A stretch of DNA of 63,033 nucleotides, filler included, from Folioceros fuciformis (lineage: Eukaryota): assembly GCA_049999805.1 (NCBI GenBank). It is 17 parts of 17 records of this genome, joined end to end, with 100 filler letters (N's around TTAATTAATTAA, not from the genome) between each part and the next. Parts side by side here need not be neighbours in the genome. Positions count along the whole stretch, not along the records: positions 10,019 to 15,744 come from JBNGIO010003747.1; positions 15,845 to 17,833 come from JBNGIO010003748.1; positions 17,934 to 30,561 come from JBNGIO010003749.1; 14 more parts are not named here. One strand, 5' to 3'. The position numbers were made by a program, and so were the translations under genes. Positions 11,417 through 23,249 of this stretch are shown here, one piece after another; position 1 is the stretch's first letter, and the number at the start of each line of letters is the position of its first letter. The notes beneath the pieces were generated by a model. It saw only the letters and a list, made by a program, of their open reading frames with translations. It was not told the origin of the DNA and ran no database searches.

Positions 11417-12717
11417 CTTATTCCTACAATGGTTTGATTATCCTAACCAAGTCTCCATAAAACAATTGGAGTGGATGACCTATGGAGAAAAAAAAAAAGC
11501 TTACACAAAAAAATTACTTTCACACTTAAACCTTGACTCAAAATTAATTTCACTTGCGTAGAAATTGTGGAAAGGAGTGAGGCCATTTTGATTGAGCTAT
11601 TTTTCATAAGCATTTCTTGTCATTTTATGCTTCCCTCTTAATTGAAGGGGAGCTATAGTTAAAAAGTTGTAACTCCCGTTAGGGTAATTTTATTACCGCA
11701 ATAACCTTTCCTTCTATCACATCACTTACCTTTTGTAATCCTTGCCAGCCCATGGTGGAACTCCCTTTTAATCTGANNNNNNNNNNNNNNNNNNNNNNNN
11801 NNNNNNNNNNNNNNNNNNNNNNNNNNNNNNNNNNNNNNNNNNNNNNNNNNNNNNNNNNNNNNNNNNNNNNNNNNNNGATATTGGTTTCCCTGCCCGCTTT
11901 CTTGCCTAATTGGTCAAGGGTATCATTTGTATTTTGTTTCATATTATACCTAGGGGCAAGAAACTTGTGCCCCTCTGAATAATATGAAACAATTTGTGTT
12001 CAAATTTTACAGATTTGTTTTAATATACTTTGTTCTAAAATACTTTTAATAAGTACCAAAAGATAACTTACAATTGAAAATAACAATTAGGTTTAGCTCC
12101 ACAAAATCTCAAGCACGAACAAGAAAGAATAACGACCATAAATCTATTCCATAGGTCAATTGATGATTAGGTGAAAAAGGTTGTTTAAAACGAAAGACTT
12201 CATACATATGTGCGAATGACAAAATAAACAAAATGGTTAATTTTTTCGATGATGTATGTGGACCCTTCTTTCCAATATAGAGGAATGACACAAGTTATTA
12301 TATCTCTTGTAGCTAGTTTTGTTGAATATCTTTGAAATATAAATTATATATTAAATTTTTCTATCTATTGTAAATATTGTGCAAATGAGTGATGTATGAT
12401 ATAATAAAAAATTTTTTAATATGAAAATGATGTGATAAAATTTTATTAAATTTTATTAAAATATTAGATATATTTTTCATAAATACATAATTTTAAAGAT
12501 CTTAAGAACGGGAAGAAGATCAAAGTAACATCAAAAGACTAGGCAAAAAAAAATATTGTTGAGTGAAACTTGGAAGGACCACAGCAGCTTGCATAGTCTC
12601 ATAAGCGTTTGAAAGAAATGTGAAATTACCTCCTTTTATAAATGTAATTTTAGGAAGAAAACTAACTGTTCGTAGCCACCTGACAAATCTGAGGCCTAGT
12701 TGGTATGCCATAACACG

Positions 12718-13730
12718 GGGACATGAATGACAGTTATGGGACACCTCATAGGGGGAAGGAGTGTTTGCTAGGAGCCACAACTTGCCATTGCAAAGCTAGA
12801 TTTATGAGTACATTGTCTTAGAGAACTAAAATTCACATGCGACAATCCAAATAGTTTGACATCCTTTCTAGGCCGTGTAATCCTTGAGCAACAATTTCCA
12901 TTCAAACCATCCAAGCGCAAATGTGGGATCCTTCAAAATTTTTGTACAAGATGTCTATCATGAAATCCATCCAATTGAGTTACGACTTGTGTCAATGGGT
13001 GAGCTACTAGTAATGAGTCAATGGGTGTGCTCTACTATAGAAATTCTAGTGTTGGTACTTAGTCTGGTATGCGGAGGCAGCTCATTTGATATGAGAAGCC
13101 TACAATGGAGGCTCAAGGGTAGGAGTCCAACTTCCCGGAGGATAAGTTCCTTGAGGATGAATGTAAGTATGTTGTTGTAGCCTTTAAGAAACAATCCAAA
13201 TAATAGTAGTATGTACATTGAGTATATGATGTGTGGTTTGGTAATCATGATCGTGAAACTTTATGTACTGTCAACAATCGATGTAATGGCACTAGTTCCA
13301 CGGAAGGACATCCTATTCACCTTAGAGGTGGTGTTTTGGACGTGAGCAACAATAGTTCTAGTCACCTTTGTACCTAATGATGTATACTTTGAATGGGTCG
13401 ACGTTAAGGTAAGCTTCCTTGGGGGTTTACATGGCGATGTGCAGCCCTTCAATGGCACACGGGGCATGCTTTCCCGCTCCTTTGGCCCCAAAGACGGTTG
13501 CTTCTACCTTGACCTTGTAGGGCAATGGAGCGACGATGTCTTCTCCCTAGAATTTGTCCACGTTTTAAAAGACCATGGACCTACAGTCCGCCCTCCTCCA
13601 CCAAGCCAACCACCTCATTGAGATGCACCAATTGGATGACCCCTCCACCTCAATGTTTGCCAACTTTTCCCCTCACTTATTAAACAAAAACTTTCACACT
13701 CTATGGTACCCTTCCATTTTTCTATCAAAT
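12718..13730 (+). pseudogene. Degenerate tandem copy of the MMP gene
   Basis: Colinear similarity to 10019-11190, including upstream sequence and the intron start. Contains stops, frameshifts, a deletion near 13260 and a degraded zinc motif (HQANHLIEMH). Confidence 0.88.
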
Positions 13731-13905
13731 GTCTTTCTAAAGGAGAGGCTAATGCTTTAATTGAGTACGGCATGAAAGTTATCCCTTTGCATTGTTTTTT
13801 GTTCCTTTCTAAAGAGTAGCCTAGTCCATGTACCCTTCATGAGAGGAAAAATCCATAGGCTTTCCATGAGGGAGTTTGTGGGTTGATGTTTCGTCAAGTT
13901 GATGA

Positions 13906-14258
13906 AAGGGACACCCCCTAAGGTGGTGCTTGGCCCACCCTAGAAGCCTATTTCACTCACTAACAGTAAGGCAAGCATCCTAAAGGACAACCTAAAGCAA
14001 TAGTAGGTAGGTGTGGTTGTGGAGAAGGAATACCCCTAAGGCGAGGCTAAACACACCCTAGAAACCTATTTCACTCAACAAGGCAAGCATCATAATGAAC
14101 CACCTACACCAACAGTAGGTCACTGGGGTTGTGGCAAAGGACACCCCCTTGGGTGGTGCTAAACATACCCTAGAAACCTATTTCTCTCAGTACTGCAAGC
14201 ATCCCAAGGGACAAACTAAACTAAACCAATAATAGGTCACTAGGGTAGTGGAGAAAAG
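13906..14258. repeat. Diverged tandem repeat, ~115-bp unit x3
   Basis: The block ...ACCCTAGAA(G/A)CCTATTTC...GCAAGCATC...TAGGT...GTGG recurs three times. Confidence 0.8.
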
Positions 14259-15394
14259 AGCTAACTCCAACAGATGTGTCGAAGAATGCATAGGCCATGG
14301 GTCCTATGCAGTATTATTTCACAATTCTACTTTTTTTAGTCTTGGTGTTGGACACAGTGGTTAGGGCTACGAAGGATGGAGCTAACCTCCAAGTTGCCAG
14401 GAATGCACAAGCTTGATGATTTCTAGCCGATATCATTTCATATTTATGCTTTTTCTAGTTTTGGTGCTGGCAATGGTTCTTAACTTCTATGCAATCAAGT
14501 GGAACATGTGAAGGTCAAACATCCAATTTTACAATGCCAATGTGCTGTGGCAATAGTCAAGCTTTATTATCTTGTTGACCTTAGATAGTCCCTATGATAG
14601 CGCAAAGGTGCGAATTCGCTATAGCTAAGTTAGGTCATGTAATTGATCGTGGCTTGACCTTATAATAACTAGCGATGGAGTATTGTCAAACAATGTGGTT
14701 ACTTAAGTGGACATTAATAAAGAGTACAAAACTGTTGTGCAATGCAAGTATCAACTGTCATGAGCTTTCATTTCTCTTACTTTTTGCTTTCCACGGGTGG
14801 AGTGATATCCACTTTGAACTTGTTCTTAAACAAACATTGTGGCGACATGGTTGTTAAAGTCGAGATTTTACTCTTTGTGGGGAGGAATGAACAATCACAA
14901 ATATAGAGCTTGTAGGTATAACACAGCTGTCGTTACTCAAGCTCTTTGCTGCAATGCAAGATATGCATTCAGCTAAAGAGGGGCAAAGATTGAGCGACAA
15001 AGCGAGCAAGTACTAAAAGGAGGTGGAGTTTGTGGATGAAATAGCAAAAAACACAAAAAAATCCATTGTAAAGTCACATGATCAACATTAACACGTCACA
15101 TCTCTTGCCCACAATTTAATTAGGAATTGCTAAAGATCATTTTTCTAGATGATTGCATGGAACAACCATACTCTCATAGTCTACATATGCATGATAATAG
15201 TACACGTCGTTCACATTGTGAATATCTAGGGGTATATGTATACCATATTGTTCACACTCTTAGAAGACTTGTACCTTAAGAAATCCGGTTGTTAGGTGTA
15301 TCTGTCGTACTTCTAGAAATTTAGAACTTCAATAGACATGACTATCAGGTAAAGCTACAAATGTTATCACATTTACAAAATGGATACTTGATTA

Positions 15395-15740
15395 CCCTTG
15401 ATTTTGGCTGACTTGTTTGGATTGTTAGAGCCACCTCAATAAGGCTCTTGTTTGGATTGTTAGAGCCACCTCAATAAGGCTGCCCTTGATTTTGGCTGAC
15501 TTGTTTGGATTGTCAGAACCACCTCAATAAGGCTTCCTAAACCATTCTCTCCAAAGTGGACAAATTGCTTGCCACCAAAGCTAAAGTGTTACAATGAAGG
15601 CATTCTAGCATTGGTTCCTAAACCATTCTCTCTAAAGTGGACAAATTGCGGACAGGTTGCCTGCCACCAAAGCTAAAGTGTTACTATGAAGGCATTCTAG
15701 CATTGGCTCCTAAACCATTCTCTCTAAAGTGGACAAATTC
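15395..15740. repeat. Two adjacent short tandem duplications
   Basis: CTTGTTTGGATTGT(T/C)AGA(G/A)CCACCTCAATAAGGCT x3, then CCTAAACCATTCTCTC(C/T)AAAGTGGACAAATT x3. Confidence 0.85.
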
Positions 15741-15844
15741 AAGGNNNNNNNNNNNNNNNNNNNNNNNNNNNNNNNNNNNNNNNNNNNNTTAATTAATTAA
15801 NNNNNNNNNNNNNNNNNNNNNNNNNNNNNNNNNNNNNNNNNNNN

Positions 15845-16595
15845 GGCTGTACAGTGTCTGGTAGGATCGCGGGCAGCGTGTTGCCGGTTGTATAGTGTCT
15901 GGTAGGATCACAAGGTGTAATGACCAGGGTGAAGGGGCTTCCCCCTAGCTCTTGATTGTAAAGGATGTGTCTTTCTCTTGACCTATCCACTCTTGTTCCT
16001 TGCTTGGACAAGTGCTGTAGGCCGGCCATGTCTCATGGCGTCTGGTAAGGTTGTGGGAGGAGATATCCAAGAGGGGAGTGTGTTCCCTTCTTTCTTTCCT
16101 TTGGGGTTAGTCTAGTGACTCTTGCCGGGTAGGAGGAGTCAGTAGGGAAGTGTAGAAGGTAGTGGTGTCATTGTTAGTTGCTGGTGTTGGTGCTGGAGTG
16201 AGAGAGTGAGTGAAGTGTGTGAGGGAAGTCGCAGATCTGAGAGGTTAGAGTCGTTGTAGTGACTGGAGTGAGTTTGTCAGCACCGAGAGAGGTGCAGCTG
16301 ACCGCTAGACAGCGAGGCCTGTCCTACGCCTGATCGGAGCTGGAGGGGAGCCCTCGAATCCATCATCGAGTTGATCAAGTCCGACCCTCCATCCACNNNN
16401 NNNNNNNNNNNNNNNNNNNNNNNNNNNNNNNNNNNNNNNNNNNNNNNNNNNNNNNNNNNNNNNNNNNNNNNNNNNNNNNNNNNNNNNNNNNNNNNNTCGT
16501 GGGAACGAAACCCAATGTCTCAACGACAGTGGGATAAGTGTGGCCACTAAAGGTGGGACCCGTCGGCAATCAGTGCCCGGGGTTTTGCCTCCACA
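15845..16595 (-). mobile_element. Family A LTR-like repeat, partial
   Basis: Reverse complement of TGTGGAGGCAAAACCCCGGGCACTG ends at 16595. Confidence 0.88.
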
Positions 16596-17686
16596 AGCAG
16601 CCAGCCCTATCCCTGCCTGCTAGGATTCAGCCTCGATCCGCTACAGCCAGCTCGGCTAGCTGATCAGCTAGGCCTCCAGGATCGGCCAGCCTGCCTGCTC
16701 GGCTTGGCCGCCTGTCGGATCCGTATGCCAGCCAGGCGGCGAGCCGGCTGCTCCTGTTGCGCTTCGGGCTGCTGGCGGACCGAGTGTGCTCACTGCCTGC
16801 TTGCAGCCCGACCAGGCTAGGCTGGCCGCTCCCGCTGCCGGGCCGATATGGTTGCCTGCCTGCTAGAGGGCCGGGCTGCCTACCTGCCCCTTGCGCCTGC
16901 GGCTAGCCATCCTGCCGGATCCAGCCGGGACCCCATCCTGGATCTGGTCCCAGCCTGCTACGCCTGCGGATCCAGCTCTGCCCGCTTGGCCTGGATCCGG
17001 CGCTGCCGCCTACCTCCAGCCCGACCAGCCGCAGCCAACCCTGCTAGCCGATTAGCCAGAGCCTAGAGTGCCTTCGATCCTCGTGGCCTCCCGCTTGGAC
17101 TACCCGGCTGCCTACCATGATCCCACCCAGCCAGCCACTGCGTGGGATTCTGCAGCCAGGTCACTCCCCGGCTTTCAAATCCGGCCAGCCATGCTGCTAG
17201 ATCCGCCTGCCAATCAGACGACACGCCTGCCTGACCCCGCTACTACTGCTGCTGCTAGGCACCTTGATCCGCCTGCAGGTTCGCTCACCAGCTAGCCGAA
17301 TCCAATCACCTATAGCCCTTCTAGATCTGACCAGCCTGTCATAGCTGGCCTGGCTGATGTGCCGCCGCCTTCTTGCCCAGGGCCGGCTGGCCTGCCAGCC
17401 ACCCCATCCCTCTGGCCTGCCTTCATCCCGAATCCGGCTACCCGCTAGCTTGCTATTGGCCAGCCCACTGGGCTGCCCCAGTCCGCCGGAGCGCCCTGCC
17501 TCTAACTGGGGTCTCCACCGACCAGCCGCTGTCGGATTCGACCCAGATTTGCACGCTCGCCAACAGCCCTGTCCACCCGGCGGCTGCGATTGCCCATCTG
17601 CCTGGATCCAGCCAGCTTGTGGAGCCCACCAATCTCGTTTAGGTTGGAGAGGAAGGTGCGCTCCCACTCGACTTTCTTAGCAGAAT
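16596..17686. repeat. GC-rich low-complexity region built from CCAGCC/GCCTGCC/GGATCC/GCTAG words
   Basis: Dense recurrence of short words with no recognisable protein; bounded by two family A repeats. Confidence 0.6.
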
Positions 17687-17833
17687 TGTGGAGGCAAAAC
17701 ACCGGGCACTGATTGCCAACGGGTTCCACCTTTAGTGGCCACACTTATCCCACTGTCGTTGAGACATTGGGTTTCGTTCCCACGATGGAGCGATGGGGTT
17801 CCTTGCTGCTGTGGATGGAGGGTCGGACTTGAT
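17687..17833 (+). mobile_element. Family A LTR-like repeat, start only
   Basis: TGTGGAGGCAAAACACCGGGCACTGATTGCC... Confidence 0.88.
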
Positions 17834-17933
17834 NNNNNNNNNNNNNNNNNNNNNNNNNNNNNNNNNNNNNNNNNNNNTTAATTAATTAANNNNNNNNNNN
17901 NNNNNNNNNNNNNNNNNNNNNNNNNNNNNNNNN

Positions 17934-19678
17934 ACAAGTTAGTGTTCATTGGATATACGGATGGTATAAAGGCCTATAAACTGTATGACCCTGCAACACG
18001 TGATGTCAGTCATGCTAGAAGTGTGTTGTTCGATGAACGAAGGGTAATGCGGCCACCTACAGCCACTCTTGACACTGGCAGTGGTGTAGAGCAAATACCA
18101 GCTATGGTCACCGAACATGATGAGGAAGAAGACTTGCTTGAGGACCTTCAGGTGTTGAGCCAAGTTGATGTGGACACTCTGGAAGTGTCTAATTTTGATC
18201 AGTCAGGCGAGTACGATGAAAACATGCTGGAACCAGATGCAAACGATGATTTATCTCCAGAACATGATCCTGGCGATCTGGAGCATGTACCTGAAGTGGG
18301 GGCCAAAGTTGATGACGATGTCGGTTTGGATGGAGCTGAACAGCCACCTGAAGAGCAGCCTCGGAGGTANNNNNNNNNNNNNNNNNNNNNNNNNNNNNNN
18401 NNNNNNNNNNNNNNNNNNNNNNNNNNNNNNNNNNNNNNNNNNNNNNNNNNNNNNNNNNNNNNNNNNNNNGAGAGAGAGGAATAGACCGTGGAAGGAGCCT
18501 CCTTTGGAGATGGAGGACTGGCGGCCTGCAGTGACACGCAAATCTAAGTCTAGAAAGCAGAAAAGCAACAAGGATCAGGGCAGTACATCTGCTGCTACTG
18601 ATGTGCCACCAGTTGGGGCACCTGGATCTGGCGGAGAACCTCAGAGTGCTGGACATCCAGAAGAGGAGACAACACCTTCTACAGCCTATGTACAGGCTTT
18701 ACTTGCAGCAACCACCGATTCCACAGAACCTGCAAACATGCAGCAGGCATATTCAGGTCCTGAAGAAAAATTCTGGAAGAAAGCAGTAGATGAGGAGTAT
18801 TCCTCAATCATAAAAAATGGAACATGGACTCTAGTTGAGTTACCTGAGGGTAGAAAGCCCATATCCTGCAAGTGGGTATTTAAACGTAAAATGAATGCTG
18901 ATGGTAGTATAGCAAGGTACAAGGCCCGCTTGGTCGCGAGAGGTTTCTCTCAGATTCCTGGAGTTGATTATTTCGACACTTTCGCACCAGTTGTCAAATT
19001 CTCTACCTTGCGCATGGTTCTGGCTCTGGCTGCCCACATGGATTTATACCTGGAACAAATGGATGTAAAAACGGCATTTTTGCATGGCATGCTGGAGGAG
19101 GACCTGTACATGGAACAACTAGAGGGTTATGTTCACCGAAAATCCGGCTGATTTACTCACAAAAGCCTTGTCTAAAGAACAGCATAACAAGCATGCAGCA
19201 AGACTGGGCATAGCAGTCTGCAGTGAGGAATGAAGACTACTGCCTGATAGCACCCTGGATTATGTCGCAGCTATGTAGTAATTTCGGGAGTGGCCGGGTG
19301 CTGACACGGTCCAAGGCGGTGACGATCCAGGCGAGAACAAATGCACGATTCTTCAGCAGCAGCGTGCAGATTGAGAGAAAGTAGGTCAGTAGAGTCATGT
19401 CGTCGAGTGCAAAGTTTTTTTTTCAGTCGTGAAACTCAAGTGGGGGTGACGGCGTAGTGTTTCGTTTCACCTTAAACCTAAAACTATATATATATATAAT
19501 TGTCTATACCTAGAAGTAGTTAGGGTTACGTGCTAGGACGGTTATTTGTTTTTCTAACTACCGAGATGTCAAGCGACATGGACAAGCCGCGTGTAAGCCA
19601 CCAGCACGTTCCCGTGCAATATTGAATATACTCTTATGCGATCTGCATACGTGCGTGATGCTAGCTCGATCCACGTCA
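17934..19678 (+). mobile_element. Copia 3' part (integrase tail, RT start fused by deletion to RNase H end), PPT and 3' LTR 19447-19678
   Basis: FIGYTDGIKAYKLYD, RYKARLVARGFSQIPGVDYFDTFAPV and MDVKTAFLHG, then ENPADLLTKAL. PPT AAGTGGGGG precedes an LTR with termini TGACG...CGTCA. Confidence 0.9.
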
Positions 19679-19719
19679 CTGATAAATAAGTCTCGAACTC
19701 AAGAGATGTGAGGGTTTAC

Positions 19720-21693
19720 TGAAGACTTTGATGTGCTTGCCGGTCTGATTCTCCACCAGCGCTTGATAGATCTTGAAGGAGGCAAATGCTTCCGACTTGT
19801 GTTGGAGAAAGTAGAGAAATGTGTAATGGCTGAAGTCGTCCAAGAGGACGAACATGTGGAGCTTCCCTCCGAGGGATGCTGTCTGCATAGGGCCACAGAG
19901 GTGAGCATGCACGAGTTCGAGGATACTAGTGGTAGTGCTGACTGACCTAGGGTAAGGTTGAGTATGTTGTTTGCCTAGCAGGCAACCTTCACACAAGGGA
20001 AGATCACTCGAAAATTTTTCAGGAAGTCCTTCAACCATATTTTGGGCTTGCATTCTTCTGATCCCTTGAAAGTGTAAGTGGGCTAGCCTCAAGTGCCAAA
20101 GTCTAGCAGATAAGTTGTGGTTGAGGTTGGTTGTGAGGCTTACACTTGTTGTTTGGGCAGGTGTAGAAACCCCAATACCCATTGGGAACAATCCCCCTGT
20201 ATGAGGACATTGTATACTTCTTGCTTGGCCATCAGAGGTGGTTGTATGGATCAGACATCCATACTGGTTGAAGGTAATTGTGGAATTAGAATTGCTGACA
20301 ATTTGGTTTACAGAGAGTAGGTTTTTGGATAACCCAAGAACGTGTAGGACGTTCCTAATATGAGCAGTAAAATCTTGTACTTGGATTTGAACAGTACCCT
20401 TGCCCACGGCCATGTGGGGAGTATCGTCGCCCATGAGAACGGGCAAGGGTACTTCCAAAGTAGAGTATTCAGAAAACTAGTCCCTTCGTGGTGTCATGTG
20501 TTTAGTTGCCCAAGAGTCAAGAAGCCAGTGATTTGGGAGTATGGAGCTCGTGGCCAAGGAGGAAACAGCTGTAAAAAGATAAGTGTTCTTGGAGCTTGTA
20601 GCTAAGGCAGATGTGCTAGGAGTACTCCCTAGGGGGTTATAAATTCCAATAGCTCTGTCACGCTGTCTCTTTCTGCATTCCGGGGCTATATGCCCTTTCT
20701 TGGAGCAGTAATGATAAGTTTTATCCTTGTGATTAGGGTTTGAAGGTAGTGGACGGTTGGGAGTAGAGTTCCTAGGGCCAATTTTGAATCTAGGAGGTCT
20801 TCGTCCACCAGCAAAGAGAATTGAAGGAGGAGAATTTGAATTTTCTCTTGCAATCAAGACTTCTTCATTGCGACTTTTGAGTAAGAGATTTGGTAAGGTC
20901 AAAGGTGCTGTTGTGCTAGCCTGATTAGCTTGTGTAGAAACGAATGACCTCCATGATTTTGGAAGGGCCATGAGTAGTTGCATGACCTATTGTTCTTCTG
21001 TTAGGTTGAGTCCTGTGGAGATGGCTTCATCTAATGTTCTTTCCCAGGTTTCCAGGAAGTCAGAGACTGAAGTGCCTTCCTTGAGTTTGATGGAGGCTAG
21101 TTTTTGAGCAGCCAGTAGTTGAGAAGGTAAACTCACCTCCTGTAAGGATGCTGCTAATTTGTCCCATAGCAATTTTGCAGTCGGCTGTCGTTTGACCGTC
21201 GGTAGAATCCTATCTCCAATATGAAGAATGAGTTCCGCGTGCGCAGAGGCATCCTTGATGATCCATGCAGATTCGTCTGCATGTCCTATGGCTAGTCTAG
21301 GTTCCGTGCCATCAACTACATGCCATAGTGTTAGCTTTTTAAGGAGGGATTCTACCCTTATAGACCATTTGGCATAGTTTAGGTGAGTAAGTTTTTCTAC
21401 CTGATAGTTTCTTGCATGTATGGCAGAGAGGCTGGAGGATCCCATAGTAAAAAGGGAGGAAGCCTTAAAGGTCTAGCAATTGAATAATGTCTTTGATATA
21501 ATCCATTGGGGACAATCATGGCTCTGATACCATGTCACTTAGTGGGGAAGAGAAGTTCTGGTCACTGATTTCATTTCTGGAAGAATGTCTAATGTATGGA
21601 CAGGAGGCTACTTGTAGCATTTTGAGGGGTTAAGTCTCTCGAGGAGACACTTCAGCTAATGAGTCGCGACTGTTCAGATCTCGATCGGTTACA
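19720..21693 (-). mobile_element. Copia 5' part: 5' LTR (21693-21533), PBS-Met, gag, zinc knuckle, protease, truncated integrase
   Basis: LTR TGTAAC...GTGACA, then PBS TGGTATCAGAGCCA (21532-21519). NYAKWSIRV gag, CSKKGHIAPEC, WLLDSWATKHM, LWHLRLAH and ELVHAHLCGP; in-frame stops. Confidence 0.92.
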
Positions 21694-23249
21694 GCTTACT
21701 TGAATGCATCACTGCTCATAGCTGCGACATACCATTTTGGGGCATTTCTCCGGGGATTGAGCGCGCTCACGACAGCAAAGCACAAGTTGAGCTTTAGCAG
21801 GCATGGAGGCAGAAGCAAACGAAGCAAGTCCAGGACACGACAAACGAAGCAAGTCCAGGACACGACAGGCCAAGCCAGGCATCGGAGCGCACCAGATCCC
21901 AGCACAATCAAAGTGCGCATAGCACGTCAGGTGGTCTATATGGTGTATACGTAGGATTGAATGATGTGATAAAATAGAGTAGGTAGAGTAGTGTAGTACA
22001 TGCCATGCCATGCAATATTTGCGTATAAAATACGTATTAAAAAAAATTAGTATGTAATCCTGTCCGCATCGGTATACCATAACGCTCTCCGAATTTACAT
22101 GCCTTCTCATGTTCAAGAGCGGTTATCGGTTCTCCCAATGCGCACTGAGGGCACCAATCCATTTGAAGCAAACCGCACAGGCTCCAACGATCGCCAGTCC
22201 CATAATTGAGAACTGGCAAGCCGGTCGGGGTGGGTTCGCCTATACAGAGGCCGGTTAAAGTGTGAATGAATCCGGCATCATTGGGAGCTCTGTGAAGCCG
22301 GCAACATCGAGAAAGAAACACTTGAAGGCACCAGAATCATTTGAACAATCTCTGGGGTTCGAGTTCACGGATTGCAAGGATATGGCCCTCGTCGTGGGCC
22401 TGCACCAACTCTTGCATCCTGGCCTCGTCGAGGTTGAGGGACGGTGAGATTTCGTTCAAACTGGAAGGATAGGTGGTCGGCGTTGGCTCCCGGTAGGGTC
22501 GCATCATGTCATGAGTAAAGGTGTGGAAGCTAGCCCCGAATTTCCTTCTGAAAGCTGCAATGCGAGGGATGTGAGCCATAATCTCGATTCCCAGCTCATC
22601 GATGGAGTTCTGCCTGGTTAACTCAGCATGGCATGTGCACCAGTTTCCCTGCAACAGTTTCATGGCTGTTTGACTGTTCCCGTCGCTGCTGTTGTAGACG
22701 TTTCCAAGTTGCCTTCCTTTAGGGTTTAGGGATATTGGTTTCACGCTGCGGACACATTGTTGAGAGCCACGAAAATTTCTGAAACCTACTTGCCCGTCCT
22801 GCAGACTTTATGCGGCCGTGTATGAGCGCGCATCAGATGACTTCAACTGTCCCCGTCTCTCCAAAGTTGGAAGTTGTTGCAGGATGTTGGAGTTCCGAAG
22901 TTGAAAATTGTTGCAGAATGTTGGAGTTGTCTTGTCTGGACCCTGAACCACGTATACCCGCGGCTACTAGCAGGCAGGACCCCCTTAGACAACTCTCGCA
23001 CAGAATGGGGTGGAGATGCCGAGACCGACATCAATCGTAAGGTCTGGGAGCCTTGCAGGTTAGCAAGAACTCGCCAAGTCACGCTCATGGCGCTACAAGC
23101 TGGATACGGCAAGTGCAACTCCGATTCCTTTGGATCTGAGCCAAAATCTCAAGACTGCATGCACCGGGGACCCGACCCCCTGATGTCCAAGCAGATCCCA
23201 ACCGCGTTCCCAAAATCTCAGGCCTACACTTGCTACACTTCGTTCTCTC

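Noticed and set aside
16848-17744. Overlapping Pro/Ala/Arg-rich ORFs
   Set aside because: Expected in GC-rich low-complexity DNA; no domain recognised.
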